Part shown: piece after piece, positions 18,582-28,959 of the stretch | How positions within the stretch are numbered: the first letter of the stretch is position 1 | How the letters are laid out: each line of letters begins with the position of its first letter | Source: Kofleriaceae bacterium | GTDB lineage: Bacteria > Myxococcota_A > Polyangia > Haliangiales > Haliangiaceae | NCBI GenBank assembly: GCA_965215005.1 | Contig: CBDCCZ010000014.1 | Location: 128,001 to 192,000 of the forward strand | DNA: 64,000 bases | Reading direction: 5' to 3' | Notes under the pieces: model-generated | Database searches by the model: none | Told to the model about the DNA's origin: nothing | Seen by the model: only the letters and a program-made list of their open reading frames with translations | Translations under genes and position numbers: made by a program

Positions 18582-19384
18582 GCGAGCGACAAACTCTCGA
18601 AAGCCGCCTCTCGGGCTCGACCCTTACCGGCGCCGACGACCTCACCGACTTCCAAGCGGTCGCCGTGATGCCCGAGCTTCGCGTCGTCAAGCTCGGCGGC
18701 CAAAGCATCATGGATCGCGGCCGCGCCGCAGTGTTTCCGATTCTCGAGGAGATTGTCGCGGCACGCAAAGAAGGCATCCCGATCCTCATCCTTACCGGCG
18801 GCGGTACCCGCGCTCGTCACGTTTACGCCATTGCGAGCGATCTCGAGATGCCCACCGGCGTCATCGCCTCGATCGGCGGCTACATCCCGATGCAAAACGC
18901 CCGCATGATTCAGATGCTGCTCGCCAAACACGGCGGCGTCTACATCATGCAAGACGACTTCGAAAAGCTGCCGCTCTACATTCAGATGGGATGCATCCCC
19001 ATCATGACCGGCATGCCGCCGTTCGGGTATTGGGAGAAACGCGGCGAGGATGGCCGTATTCCCGCCAATCGAACCGATGCCGGCGTGTTCTTATCCGCGG
19101 AGTTTCTCGGTTGCCGACGCGCGATCTTCATCAAAGACGAAGCCGGCCTCTACACCGACGACCCGAAGAAGAATCCCAAAGCCGAACACATTCCGCGCAT
19201 CAGCGCTACCGAGCTCATCGAGCGCAACCTCGATGACTTGATCGTCGAGCGCGTCGTCGTTGAATACATGACGCGCGCGCGCTGGGTTCGGGAGCTCCAA
19301 ATCGTCAACGGCCTCGAGCCAGGTCAGGTCACCAAAGCCCTCCGCGGCGAAGACTGCGGCACGATCATCTACCACGAGGGATGA
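18578..19384 (+). CDS. mosB: molybdenum storage protein subunit (MosB-like)
   Basis: KLGGQSIMDRGRAAVFPILEEIVAARK, GGGTRARH, GMPP, RTDAGVFL, GLYTDDPK, IVNGLEPG. Confidence 0.75.
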   Translation: MSERQTLESRLSGSTLTGADDLTDFQAVAVMPELRVVKLGGQSIMDRGRAAVFPILEEIVAARKEGIPILILTGGGTRARHVYAIASDLEMPTGVIASIGGYIPMQNARMIQMLLAKHGGVYIMQDDFEKLPLYIQMGCIPIMTGMPPFGYWEKRGEDGRIPANRTDAGVFLSAEFLGCRRAIFIKDEAGLYTDDPKKNPKAEHIPRISATELIERNLDDLIVERVVVEYMTRARWVRELQIVNGLEPGQVTKALRGEDCGTIIYHEG

Positions 19385-19387
19385 TCG

Positions 19388-19467
19388 CCGTTAGGAATGG
19401 TCACCGTTAGGAATGGTCACCGTTAGGAATGGTCACCGTTAGGAATGGTCACCGTTAAGAATGGTCA
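19388..19467. repeat. tandem repeat, 16 bp x 5 (CCGTTAGGAATGGTCA)
   Basis: Four perfect copies plus one with a single mismatch. Confidence 0.95.
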
Positions 19468-19665
19468 GTAGAGCCCTGGAGCGACGCGCCATGACGCCGT
19501 CGCTCTAGCTCCCCCTCGATCCCGCACAACGTAGCCTCTGTGATGGGGCCGAAGCCCGCGTCGACGTCTGCGCGTGCAACAAGCCCCCGCTGCCCCTTCG
19601 GCCGCCGAAAGTACAACGGCTCTCCGCGGAGAGCCGTTGTCGCGAGCGTAGCGGGGACGAGGAGC

Positions 19666-20259
19666 TCAGCTGCCCTTGCCTTCACCCCCGTGGCCGCCCA
19701 TGCCGCCACCCGTGCCCGAACCATGCCCTTCATGCCCCGGCTTGACCTTCAACGCCGCCAGTCGCTTCTCCGCTTCGGCCCGCAGCGCATCCGCCCCCAG
19801 CTCCGGCGCCGTAACAGTCACCTTCACGCCTCCATCTACCTCTTCGACCGTCAAGTCCGTGTTGGCCATGACCACAGGACACTGCCCCAGCGTACCGCCG
19901 CCGGTGCCCTTCCCCGTGTGCTCAATCGCCGCCGACTCCACGTCATCGAGCGACGCCAGCGTCTGCGCGCGCTTGCGGATATCGGCAATCGCCGCCTCGT
20001 CCTGCGCCGTGATCGAAACCGCGATCCCGCTATCGACCACCGCGATGCCCGTCTCCGCGCCCTGCACCGCGTTGGGGCAGTTGGCCATGTTGTTGATCAT
20101 ATCCGGCTGCTCGACCACCGGCTCCGCCCCCATCGGCTCCTCCGCCACCGGCACCTCGACCGCAGCAACATCCGGCTCCACCGGCGCCGCCTCCTCCTTC
20201 TTACAAGCTCCGGCCAGCGCGAGCGCAGCCACCATCACATACGGAACGATTGCACGCAT
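19666..20259 (-). CDS. hypothetical lipoprotein with internally duplicated CP-containing domain and Gly/His-rich tail
   Basis: GAGGAG RBS, lipobox AGAC, NCP...VSITA / QCP...VTVTA. Confidence 0.75.
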   Translation of the reverse strand: MRAIVPYVMVAALALAGACKKEEAAPVEPDVAAVEVPVAEEPMGAEPVVEQPDMINNMANCPNAVQGAETGIAVVDSGIAVSITAQDEAAIADIRKRAQTLASLDDVESAAIEHTGKGTGGGTLGQCPVVMANTDLTVEEVDGGVKVTVTAPELGADALRAEAEKRLAALKVKPGHEGHGSGTGGGMGGHGGEGKGS

Positions 20260-20463
20260 TAATTCTCCTCCACGACGTTGTAGAAATCCCCGATGAGCGC
20301 CTGAAGTTACCAGCCTTTCCATCGCCCGCGCCACTCCGCGACCGCATCCGATCCGACCGCACCTCCCCCTTCCCCAGCCGGCAATCCAGCCCGCCTTTCC
20401 CCCTCCCCTTCCTCCCTCCGCCCGGCAAACTTCCGCCCGCCGCAAATCCCCCCGACCACCCTC

Positions 20464-20492
20464 TTGACGCCAAAGCCCCAAGAAGGTAACCA
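20464..20492 (+). promoter_or_regulatory. sigma70-like promoter of the tRNA genes
   Basis: TTGACG-17 nt-TAACCA. Confidence 0.45.
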
Positions 20493-20512
20493 AGCAACCC
20501 GTTTCCCGGTGC

Positions 20513-20586
20513 TCGGGGATCGTCTAATGGTAGGACGGCAGACTCTGGATCTGTCTATCTAGGTTCGAATCCTAGTCCCCGAACCA
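20513..20586 (+). tRNA. tRNA-Gln(CTG)
   Basis: Cloverleaf: TCGGGGA/TCCCCGA acceptor, GCAGA-CT-CTG-GA-TCTGT anticodon arm, GTTCGAATC, encoded CCA. Confidence 0.95.
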
Positions 20587-20650
20587 AAATCCCCTTGACC
20601 AGGAAGGGGACTTCGCCTTAAAGAGCTTTGCACGCCTCAGCAGCCCTCCA

Positions 20651-20703
<53 letters not shown>

Positions 20704-20722
<19 letters not shown>

Positions 20723-21016
20723 CTACGCCAATTGGAAACGGCAGCTCCGGCTGCCGTTTCTGAATTTTCGGGCGGATATCCGCCGACGTAGGCGGCGCCA
20801 TCCAGCTCCCAGACGGTGCGCCCGCCCGCGCTTCTTCGGCGTGAAGACGATGCCCTCCGTGAACAGCGTGAGGTACAGCTCGCGCAGCGCGTCGAGATCG
20901 TCGGCCAGAGCGCAGCCGACCATATGCCAGGCACGGCGCTCGACCTCGGCCACCCGGGCGCCCGTCTCGTCCGGCGAGCGGGTCGCCGCGACCAGTCGGC
21001 GATGGCCGACGTGCAT
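20704..21016 (-). pseudogene. frameshifted C-terminal remnant of a putative site-specific (serine-type) recombinase abutting tRNA-Glu
   Basis: Two frames combine to DALRELYLTLFTEGIVFTP...VWELDG...SDPTGT, reading into the tRNA 3' end. Confidence 0.4.
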
Positions 21017-21029
21017 GTCGTCTCGGCTG

Positions 21030-21538
21030 GCTCCTTACGCGACCCGCTTAAACGCAGTCGTCGCTTCATCTACTTCGGGCTCGGCCAAGAAAAGCTTCAT
21101 CTTGAGCACCTCGAGTCGCAGGGAATCGACAACGAGACCACGAGGAGCCAGAGAGCGTGGATCGACGCACAGCGGTACACATTCGTCACGGACGTGAACG
21201 TCGGCGCCTGGTCCGAAACGTCCGTCCGAAAGATGGCAAAGGAAGCCGACCTCCTCGACTTCTACCGCTTCCGGTATCACCCGCTGAGCGCGGCAGCCCA
21301 CAGCATGTGGAACCACGTCGCCACGTTCAATCTGCGGCCGTGCACCAATCCGCTCCATCGGTATCATCACGTCCCGGAGATTCCCGACCTACCGCCCGAC
21401 ATCGGCCTGTGGGACATGACCGCGGGATTACTGCGCGAGACCTTCGCACTCTTCGACGCGGCGTTCGCCATCTCAGTTGCCCTGACATCGTCCGTAGAAT
21501 TGCTCGACGAGGCACTCGCCGACTATGCTGCAAGCTGA
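21030..21538 (+). pseudogene. N-terminally truncated DUF5677-like protein
   Basis: SVRKMAKEA...YHPLSAAAHSMW motif; the upstream part of the ORF overlaps the recombinase remnant. Confidence 0.45.
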
Positions 21539-21541
21539 GAC

Positions 21542-22192
21542 ATGATGAAGCCTTCCACGCGAACACTCAACAGCCTGCCAAGGCCGGAGGTACTGGAACG
21601 TCTCTCGATGTCGCTGGCGACTCTTGACGCGATCCTCAGCCCAGAGTGGCAAGACCGATACTACTCGTTCAACAAGACTTGGGACCCAACCAAGCACCAC
21701 CGGATGGCGTCGATGCGCAACGGTTGTGGCGACGAGTACTTCATCCTCTTTACAGAGGCTGGCGCGGCCATCAAGGGTTACGCACACGAGTGCCCTATGG
21801 CGCGGCCGGGCGCCCCACCGGAAGGCGTCTTCGATGACTTCCCCCAAGCAATCACCGAATTTCTCGCCGAGCCGGCGTTCTCGATCGAGAACACGACGTT
21901 CTGCCTTTGGTGTCTGGTCGGTGGGGCGTGGACGGCAGGGTCCGCGCGATTCCCTGGACATGACGATCCAGACGGTTCCGAGTTCCTGCTTGAACTGCTG
22001 ACCGCCGATCCTCGCGACTATCAAAAGTACGCGAGGGACTATTTCGAGGTAGACGTGTCGCTGATCGCCATTGAAACCATCTACTCGCACCTGCCATTGA
22101 CGCAGGAACTGGTTCAGCGCGTGAATCCCAAGGCGAAGCTCCCGAGCCTGCTCGACGACTTCGCCGAGATCGGCTACCCGGTCGCCATCTGA
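21542..22192 (+). CDS. conserved hypothetical protein
   Basis: Clean 216-aa ORF (MASMRNGCGDEYFILF, TTFCLW, EIGYP). Confidence 0.75.
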   Translation: MMKPSTRTLNSLPRPEVLERLSMSLATLDAILSPEWQDRYYSFNKTWDPTKHHRMASMRNGCGDEYFILFTEAGAAIKGYAHECPMARPGAPPEGVFDDFPQAITEFLAEPAFSIENTTFCLWCLVGGAWTAGSARFPGHDDPDGSEFLLELLTADPRDYQKYARDYFEVDVSLIAIETIYSHLPLTQELVQRVNPKAKLPSLLDDFAEIGYPVAI

Positions 22193-22278
22193 GCGATGCG
22201 CCGGGCCGGCGGACGCCTTCTGAATGCCGTCGACCGGGCAATCCTGCCGGCTAAACCAAACGGGAGAGACCGTAGTCG

Positions 22279-22473
22279 CTACTGCGCGTCGGTCGCGTGG
22301 CGCGGTCGAGGCTGGTTGTTGCCGTTCGGCGGACGGTAGCGCTCGGCCAGCTCGCCGTTGTCATCGAGGATCCCGGCACGCTTGAGCAGCTCCTCGCGCT
22401 CGGCCTGGCTCATCGCGTCGAAGCGCTTGAGGGCTCGCTCGTGAAGATCGTCTGCGGTGAGATGGCGTTCCAT
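22279..22473 (-). CDS. small hypothetical protein
   Basis: 64 aa, directly downstream of the truncated gene; LKRAGILDDNGELAERY. Confidence 0.55.
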   Translation of the reverse strand: MERHLTADDLHERALKRFDAMSQAEREELLKRAGILDDNGELAERYRPPNGNNQPRPRHATDAQ

Positions 22474-22481
22474 GACCGTAC

Positions 22482-22679
22482 TTAATCCCCAGTATAGCTG
22501 GCCGCGGGCCGGAAGTAACCCAGGATGCAGCTGGGGTCCCTAACGGCGATCTGGACGTGGGTTTTCGCGTGAATGCGGGCGCCCTCGTAGACGGGATCGC
22601 CCTCGACGAACGCGCCGCGCACGGTCTGAAAGTAGCTCGTCCTCCTCTTGTCGCGCTCCGCGTCCTTCACCAGGTACTT
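22482..22679 (-). pseudogene. C-terminal fragment of an uncharacterised protein, cut off by the CRISPR array
   Basis: TVRGAFVEGDPVYEGARIHAKTHVQIAVRDPSCILGYFRP; the 5' part is replaced by the terminal repeat. Confidence 0.6.
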
Positions 22680-25600
22680 GTTCTCAACGCCTTTCGGCAT
22701 CACGGCGAGTACGACATGCAGCGTCACAGTGATATTCGACGCGGTAGGTTCGTGCTCAACGCCTTTCGGCATCCCGGCGAGTACGACACGGCTCTGGCTG
22801 GCAGTGAGCAAAGGGCATTGGCTGTGCTCAACGCGTTTCGGCATCACGGCGAGTACGACAGTGGGGCTACGACGGGGCAATGTCCGGATTTCTGGCGTGC
22901 TCAACGCCTTTCGGCATCACGGCGAGTACGACCATCTATCGGCTGGCTGAGTCTGGCTATCCGACGGTGCTCAACGCCTTTCGGCATCACGGCGAGTACG
23001 ACGTCGGGTAACCCGCACGGGCCTGCGACGCCCGCCTAGTGCTCAACGCCTTTCGGCATCACGGCAAGTACGACTTGAGAAGATCACCGAAGCGCGCATC
23101 CGCGGGCAGCTCGAGGGGGTGCTCAACGCCTTTCGGCATCACGGCGAGTACGACCTCCCTTGCCCGCACCGAAGCCCGCATTGGCTTTGTGCTCAACGCC
23201 TTTCGGCATCACGGCGAGTACGACGTAGCCGCAGCGGCGCCACTCGGCGACGATCGCGATGTGCTCAACGCCTTTCGGCATCACGGCGAGTACGACCCGA
23301 CCACCGCAAATGGAGCTCGCCGAGATTCGGGTGCTCAACGCCTTTCGGCATCACGGCGAGTACGACTTGTCGACGACGAGCGGCTGGCCCGCACCGCCGA
23401 GTGCTCAACGCCTTTCGGCATCACGGCGAGTACGACTCCAGGTAGCTTTGCCCGCTAGGGTCGAGGCCTATGATGGTGCTCAACGCCTTTCGGTATCACG
23501 GCGAGTACGACTTTCTTCGTCGTCGTCGTACTGGCATTTGTCCCTCTCAGTGCTCAACGCCTTTCGGCATCACGGCGAGTACGACCCGTAAAGAGTCGCC
23601 CCCCGCCGTTTCCGACCGTGTGCTCAACGCCTTTCGGCATCACGGCGAGTACGACTTGCCGACCTCGGCTCGGCGCGAAAATCCAGCCTCGTGCTCAACG
23701 CCTTTCGGCATCACGGCGAGTACGACGCGCTCTCGCGCTACGAGGTCGACAGACGCGTGAAGGTGCTCAACGCCTTTCGGCATCACGGCGAGTACGACCC
23801 GTAAAGAGTCGCCCCCCGCCGTTTCCGACCGTGTGCTCAACGCCTTTCGGCATCACGGCGAGTACGACTTGCCGACCTCGGCTCGGCGCGAAAATCCAGC
23901 CTCGTGCTCAACGCCTTTCGGCATCACGGCGAGTACGACGCGCTCTCGCGCTACGAGGTCGACAGACGCGTGAAGGTGCTCAACGCCTTTCGGCATCACG
24001 GCGAGTACGACTCACACCGTACTTCACACCGTCGCCAAGCTACACGAGTGCTCAACGCCTTTCGGCATCACGGCGAGTACGACACTTAGACCCGCAGGGC
24101 TCATCGCTGGACTGGTATGTGCTCAACGCCTTTCGGCATCACGGCGAGTACGACTGCCGCGACGGGGCGCGGGCCGCGGTGCCCAGCACATACAGTGCTC
24201 AACGCCTTTCGGCATCACGGCGAGTACGACCACCCAGACCTACTCACATCACGAGGGAGGATCTGATGTGCTCAACGCCTTTCGGCATCACGGCGAGTAC
24301 GACCCGGCGTCTTCGACCGTAATCGTCGCCTGTGCGCGGTGCTCAACGCCTTTCGGCATCACGGCGAGTACGACAATTTCCCCCTGCCGCTTGTCGCGAC
24401 CCCCCTCTAGTGCTCAACGCCTTTCGGCATCACGGCGAGTACGACTTCCGACCCACTCTCCGGATTCTCGATAAATCTGGCGTGCTCAACGCCTTTCGGC
24501 ATCACGGCGAGTACGACGCCGTCGCTCGGTCGCGTGACCGAGACGCGGTACACCGTGCTCAACGCCTTTCGGCATCACGGCGAGTACGACGCTCGAAACG
24601 ACGGCGATCCTCGTCGTCTCGATCGGTGTGCTCAACGCCTTTCGGCATCACGGCGAGTACGACATTGCGCGACCTGCTGCGCGAGCGTAGACACCTCCTG
24701 TGCTCAACGCCTTTCGGCATCACGGCGAGTACGACCGTCAAGTACTGAACCGGGCGACGGGTATTGTGGGCTCGTGCTCAACGCCTTTCGGCATCACGGC
24801 GAGTACGAACATGAACCCGGTTCGCCATCTGAGATCAACCGTACGCGTGCTCAACGCCTTTCGGCATCACGGCGAGTACGACTGGAGACCGCTGCCCACC
24901 ACTCGCCGGCGTCCCCGTGTGCTCAACGCCTTTCGGCATCACGGCGAGTACGACCTGTCTCGCAGATCGCGAGCTCCCAGTGTCTATCCGTGCTCAACGC
25001 CTTTCGGCATCACGGCGAGTACGACCAGACTTCGTGACGCAGCTCTTCCGGCCTCAATAGTGCTCAACGCCTTTCGGCATCACGGCGAGTACGACGTCTT
25101 GCAGAGCCGCCGCAGCGCCGTCTTGCGATAGTGCTCAACGCCTTTCGGCATCACGGCGAGTACGACGGCTCTACGGCGAAGCCGACGACTTTGACGAACT
25201 CGTCGTGCTCAACGCCTTTCGGCATCACGGCGAGTACGACCCCTGCATTGTGTTTGACATAACGGTCTCTTCGACGTGCTCAACGCCATTCGGCATCACG
25301 GCGAGTACGACGACGTCATGCTCGCGCCCTGGATCGTCAATGCCGGTGTGCTCAACGCCTTTCGGCATCACGGCGAGTACGACGGGAGCCGGCGCTCGTA
25401 GAGCCCGCGTAGCTGGTCGTGTGCTCAACGCCTTTCGGCATCACGGCGAGTACGACGTGTACGGAATCGTGATCAGAATTTCAGCCCCGCGTGCTCAACG
25501 CCTTTCGGCATCACGGCGAGTACGACCGTAAGTGCGACCGCACCGATCAGGATTCCCGCGGCGTGCTCAACGCCTTTCGGCATCACGGCGAGTACGACTC

Positions 25601-28407
25601 ATCAAGCACAGCCAACGTGGCATCGCTCGCCCAGTGCTCAACGCCTTTCGGCATCACGGCGAGTACGACTAGTAGCGATTTCCGCTTGCGTCGTGCGCAC
25701 GACTTGCGGTGCTCAACGCCTTTCGGCATCACGGCGAGTACGACCGCTCGCCCGCCCGACTGGCAAAGCAAGCTGAAGTTGTGCTCAACGCCTTTCGGCA
25801 TCACGGCGAGCACGACGCGACCCGGACAACTGGCGGGGCGTTCTCAAGTAGTGCTCAACGCCTTTCGGCATCACGGCGAGTACGACCTTTTTTTTCCCAC
25901 TCCATGCCTTTGCCTTAGAAGTGCTCAACGCCTTTCGGCATCACGGCGAGTACGACTTGTGGCCGGCGCGATGGAAGACGCGAATCTCGACGTGCTCAAC
26001 GCCTTTCGGCATCACGGCGAGTACGACCATTTACGGCAGCCTCGATGCGGCCGATTTCGGCGAGGTGCTCAACGCCTTTCGGCATCACGGCGAGTACGAC
26101 CGTTTCCGCCGGCCGATCCAGTGGATCCCGCAGGTGCTCAACGCCTTTCGGCATCACGGCGAGTACGACGCTGTCTCGCAGATTGCGGACTCCCGGCGTC
26201 TATCCGTGCTCAACGCCTTTCGGCATCACGGCGAGTACGACACGTCGGCGCCTCCGCGCAGCATCCGGTCATCGTCGGTGCTCAACGCCTTTCGGCATCA
26301 CGGCGAGTACGACCGGCTCGCGGCGTCTGGTGCTTCGTCCAAGATCCGGACGTGCTCAACGCCTTTCGGCATCACGGCGAGTACGACCGGGTCAGCGGTG
26401 GGCGTCGACGCAGACACCACGTCGCGTGCTCAACGCCTTTCGGCATCACGGCGAGTACGACCAAGTCCGCTGGAATTGCCCTCGTCGATCCCACTGGTGC
26501 TCAACGCCTTTCGGCATCACGGCGAGTACGACACGTCGGCGCCTCCGCGCAGCATCCGGTCATCGTCGGTGCTCAACGCCTTTCGGCATCACGGCGAGTA
26601 CGACCGGCTCGCGGCGTCTGGTGCTTCGTCCAAGATCCGGACGTGCTCAACGCCTTTCGGCATCACGGCGAGTACGACCGGGGTCAGCGGTGGGCGTCGA
26701 CGCAGACACCACGTCGCGTGCTCAACGCCTTTCGGCATCACGGCGAGTACGACCAAGTCCGCTGGAATTGCCCTCGTCGATCCCACTGGTGCTCAACGCC
26801 TTTCGGCATCACGGCGAGTACGACGCTCTAGTTCTAGCGGCAGCGCATCGGGTGTTTGACGTGCTCAACGCCTTTCGGCATCACGGCGAGTACGACCTTT
26901 CAAGGGGACGGTTAGCTTAAGGCCAGGGTTGGTGTGCTCAACGCCTTTCGGCATCACGGCGAGTACGACGGGCGAATCACCACGGCCTCGGAGCGCGTAG
27001 TGCGTGCTCAACGCCTTTCGGCATCACGGCGAGTACGACACTTGAGCGTAGTAGGAGAGCGTAATGCCGAATTATGGTGCTCAACGCCTTTCGGCATCAC
27101 GGCGAGTACGACAATGGCCTTCTCAAAGGCGTGCGTGCAGCGTCCACAGTGCTCAACGCCTTTCGGCATCACGGCGAGTACGACTAGCGATACGCCTTGG
27201 GTGCGATGGCCAGAAACCCGCGGTGCTCAACGCCTTTCGGCATCACGGCGAGTACGACGGTTCGTAAGCTCTCTACCGTCGTGCGGAATTCGTGCTCAAC
27301 GCCTTTCGGCATCACGGCGAGTGCGACCCACTCGCCCGAATCGCGATAGATCTGTCCGTTGGTGCTCAACGCCTTTCGGCATCACGGCGAGTACGACGGG
27401 GGAGAGATGAGAATGTACCGGACTCGGCGTGCGCGTGCTCAACGCCTTTCGGCATCACGGCGAGTACGACCGGGTCTTGCACCCCGGCGGCGCCGGGGGA
27501 CGATCAGTGCTCAACGCCTTTCGGCATCACGGCGAGTACGACGTGAAAGTCTCCCCCCAAGTCGCGCGCTCCCCAAGTGCTCAACGCCTTTCGGCATCAC
27601 GGCGAGTACGACCGCGACGCTCAGTCCCGGCGGCGAGCTCCTGATCCGTGCTCAACGCCTTTCGGCATCACGGCGAGTACGACCGTGCGGACCAGACTTT
27701 GCCGGGACCGATCGCAAGGTGCTCAACGCCTTTCGGCATCACGGCGAGTACGACTATCCCGTATAATGCAGGCGACGCATCGCTGTTGAAGTGCTCAACG
27801 CCTTTCGGCATCACGGCGAGTACGACCATAGACGCCTCGTCGCAGGCGGGTCTCGGCGAAGAGTGCTCAACGCCTTTCGGCATCACGGCGAGTACGACGG
27901 CGGCGCGGCGTCGAGCTTGGCGATCCTCGGTTTGTGCTCAACGCCTTTCGGCATCACGGCGAGTACGACCTTACGGAAGTGAAGCAGACACCACTAAGGT
28001 CCTATTGTGCTCAACGCCTTTCGGCATCACGGCGAGTACGACCGTGCAGGAGGCCGAAATCCTGGCAGAGGACCTCGACGTGCTCAACGCCTTTCGGCAT
28101 CACGGCGAGTACGACGCCCGCGCGAGCGCGGATATCGACGACGGACTGATCGCGTGCTCAACGCCTTTCGGCATCACGGCGAGTACGACGACTCCACGTG
28201 CCGAAAAATCGGCGAGGTGGGACTGGTGCTCAACGCCTTTCGGCATCACGGCGAGTACGACTCCCGACCCACTCTCCGGATTCTCGATAGATCTGCGGTG
28301 CTCAACGCCTTTCGGCATCACGGCGAGTACGACGCCGCTTACACGATGACCTGGGGCGACTCTGTGATCCCGTGCTCAACGCCTTTCGGCATCACGGCGA
28401 GTACGAC
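22680..28407 (-). CRISPR. CRISPR array, 80 repeats / 79 spacers (manual count); 36-bp repeat GTCGTACTCGCCGTGATGCCGAAAGGCGTTGAGCAC (minus strand)
   Basis: Regular repeats with 33-44 nt spacers; degenerate repeats cluster at the 22.7-kb (trailer) end; leader and cas genes at the other end. Confidence 0.99.
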
Positions 28408-28657
28408 CCTGTCTCCGCAAACAGCTGAAATAAAGAGCAAATCTCTGCCAATTTGCAAGCATAGGCTGGAGGTTGGCATCCTTCGCTGGCGAAGCCTCCA
28501 CGGCGATGCAAAAAGCTCTGCGTTTTCGACTGTTTCGGCTGGCTCATGGATCTCGCATCTCTTCGAACGCAGCTAAGTTGGCAATATAACACTATTCTTC
28601 TGTCAAAGAGCATGCCCAACGAGAATACGGTCGAAGGTGCGTGATCGGTGCGCTGTC
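28408..28657 (-). promoter_or_regulatory. CRISPR leader
   Basis: AT-richer non-coding stretch between cas2 and the first repeat. Confidence 0.75.
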
Positions 28658-28955
28658 TCAGATGATCTTGAACGGTGGCGGGTCGAGGTCGAAGGGGACA
28701 CGTTCTTTCCCGCGAACGGTTACGCGACCAGCACATTCGCCGCAGAGGCGCGCAATCAAAAGGGCGATCGTCCGGCTCGATGATTTTGGCGAGCTCAAAG
28801 CGCATGCGCTCGAGCTCGCGCGTCGTGCATCGCACGCGGAAGACCGAGTATTGAACCGGCTTTCCCCACGCCCATAATGTCTTATAGACTCGTCGCAGAA
28901 CTTTCTGGTCAGATACGTCGTACATGACCAGGTGCCAGTAGCGAGGTTCGGGCAT
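28658..28955 (-). pseudogene. cas2: Cas2, frameshifted near 28763
   Basis: HLVMYDVSD...VQYSVF; an extra C in GATCGCCCTTTTG shifts the frame before LLIARLCGEC. Confidence 0.85.
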
Positions 28956-28959
28956 GGCG

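Noticed and set aside
17742..19384. Annotation as uridylate kinase (pyrH)
   Set aside because: Tandem paralogues with MoSto-like motifs, and no tsf/frr context
19388..19467. Second CRISPR array or ModE box
   Set aside because: No spacers between units and no match to the ModE palindrome
22557..28576. Many ORFs with repeating VLNAFRHHGEYD / CSTPFGITASTT / AQRLSASRRVR
   Set aside because: Translations of the CRISPR repeat, not proteins
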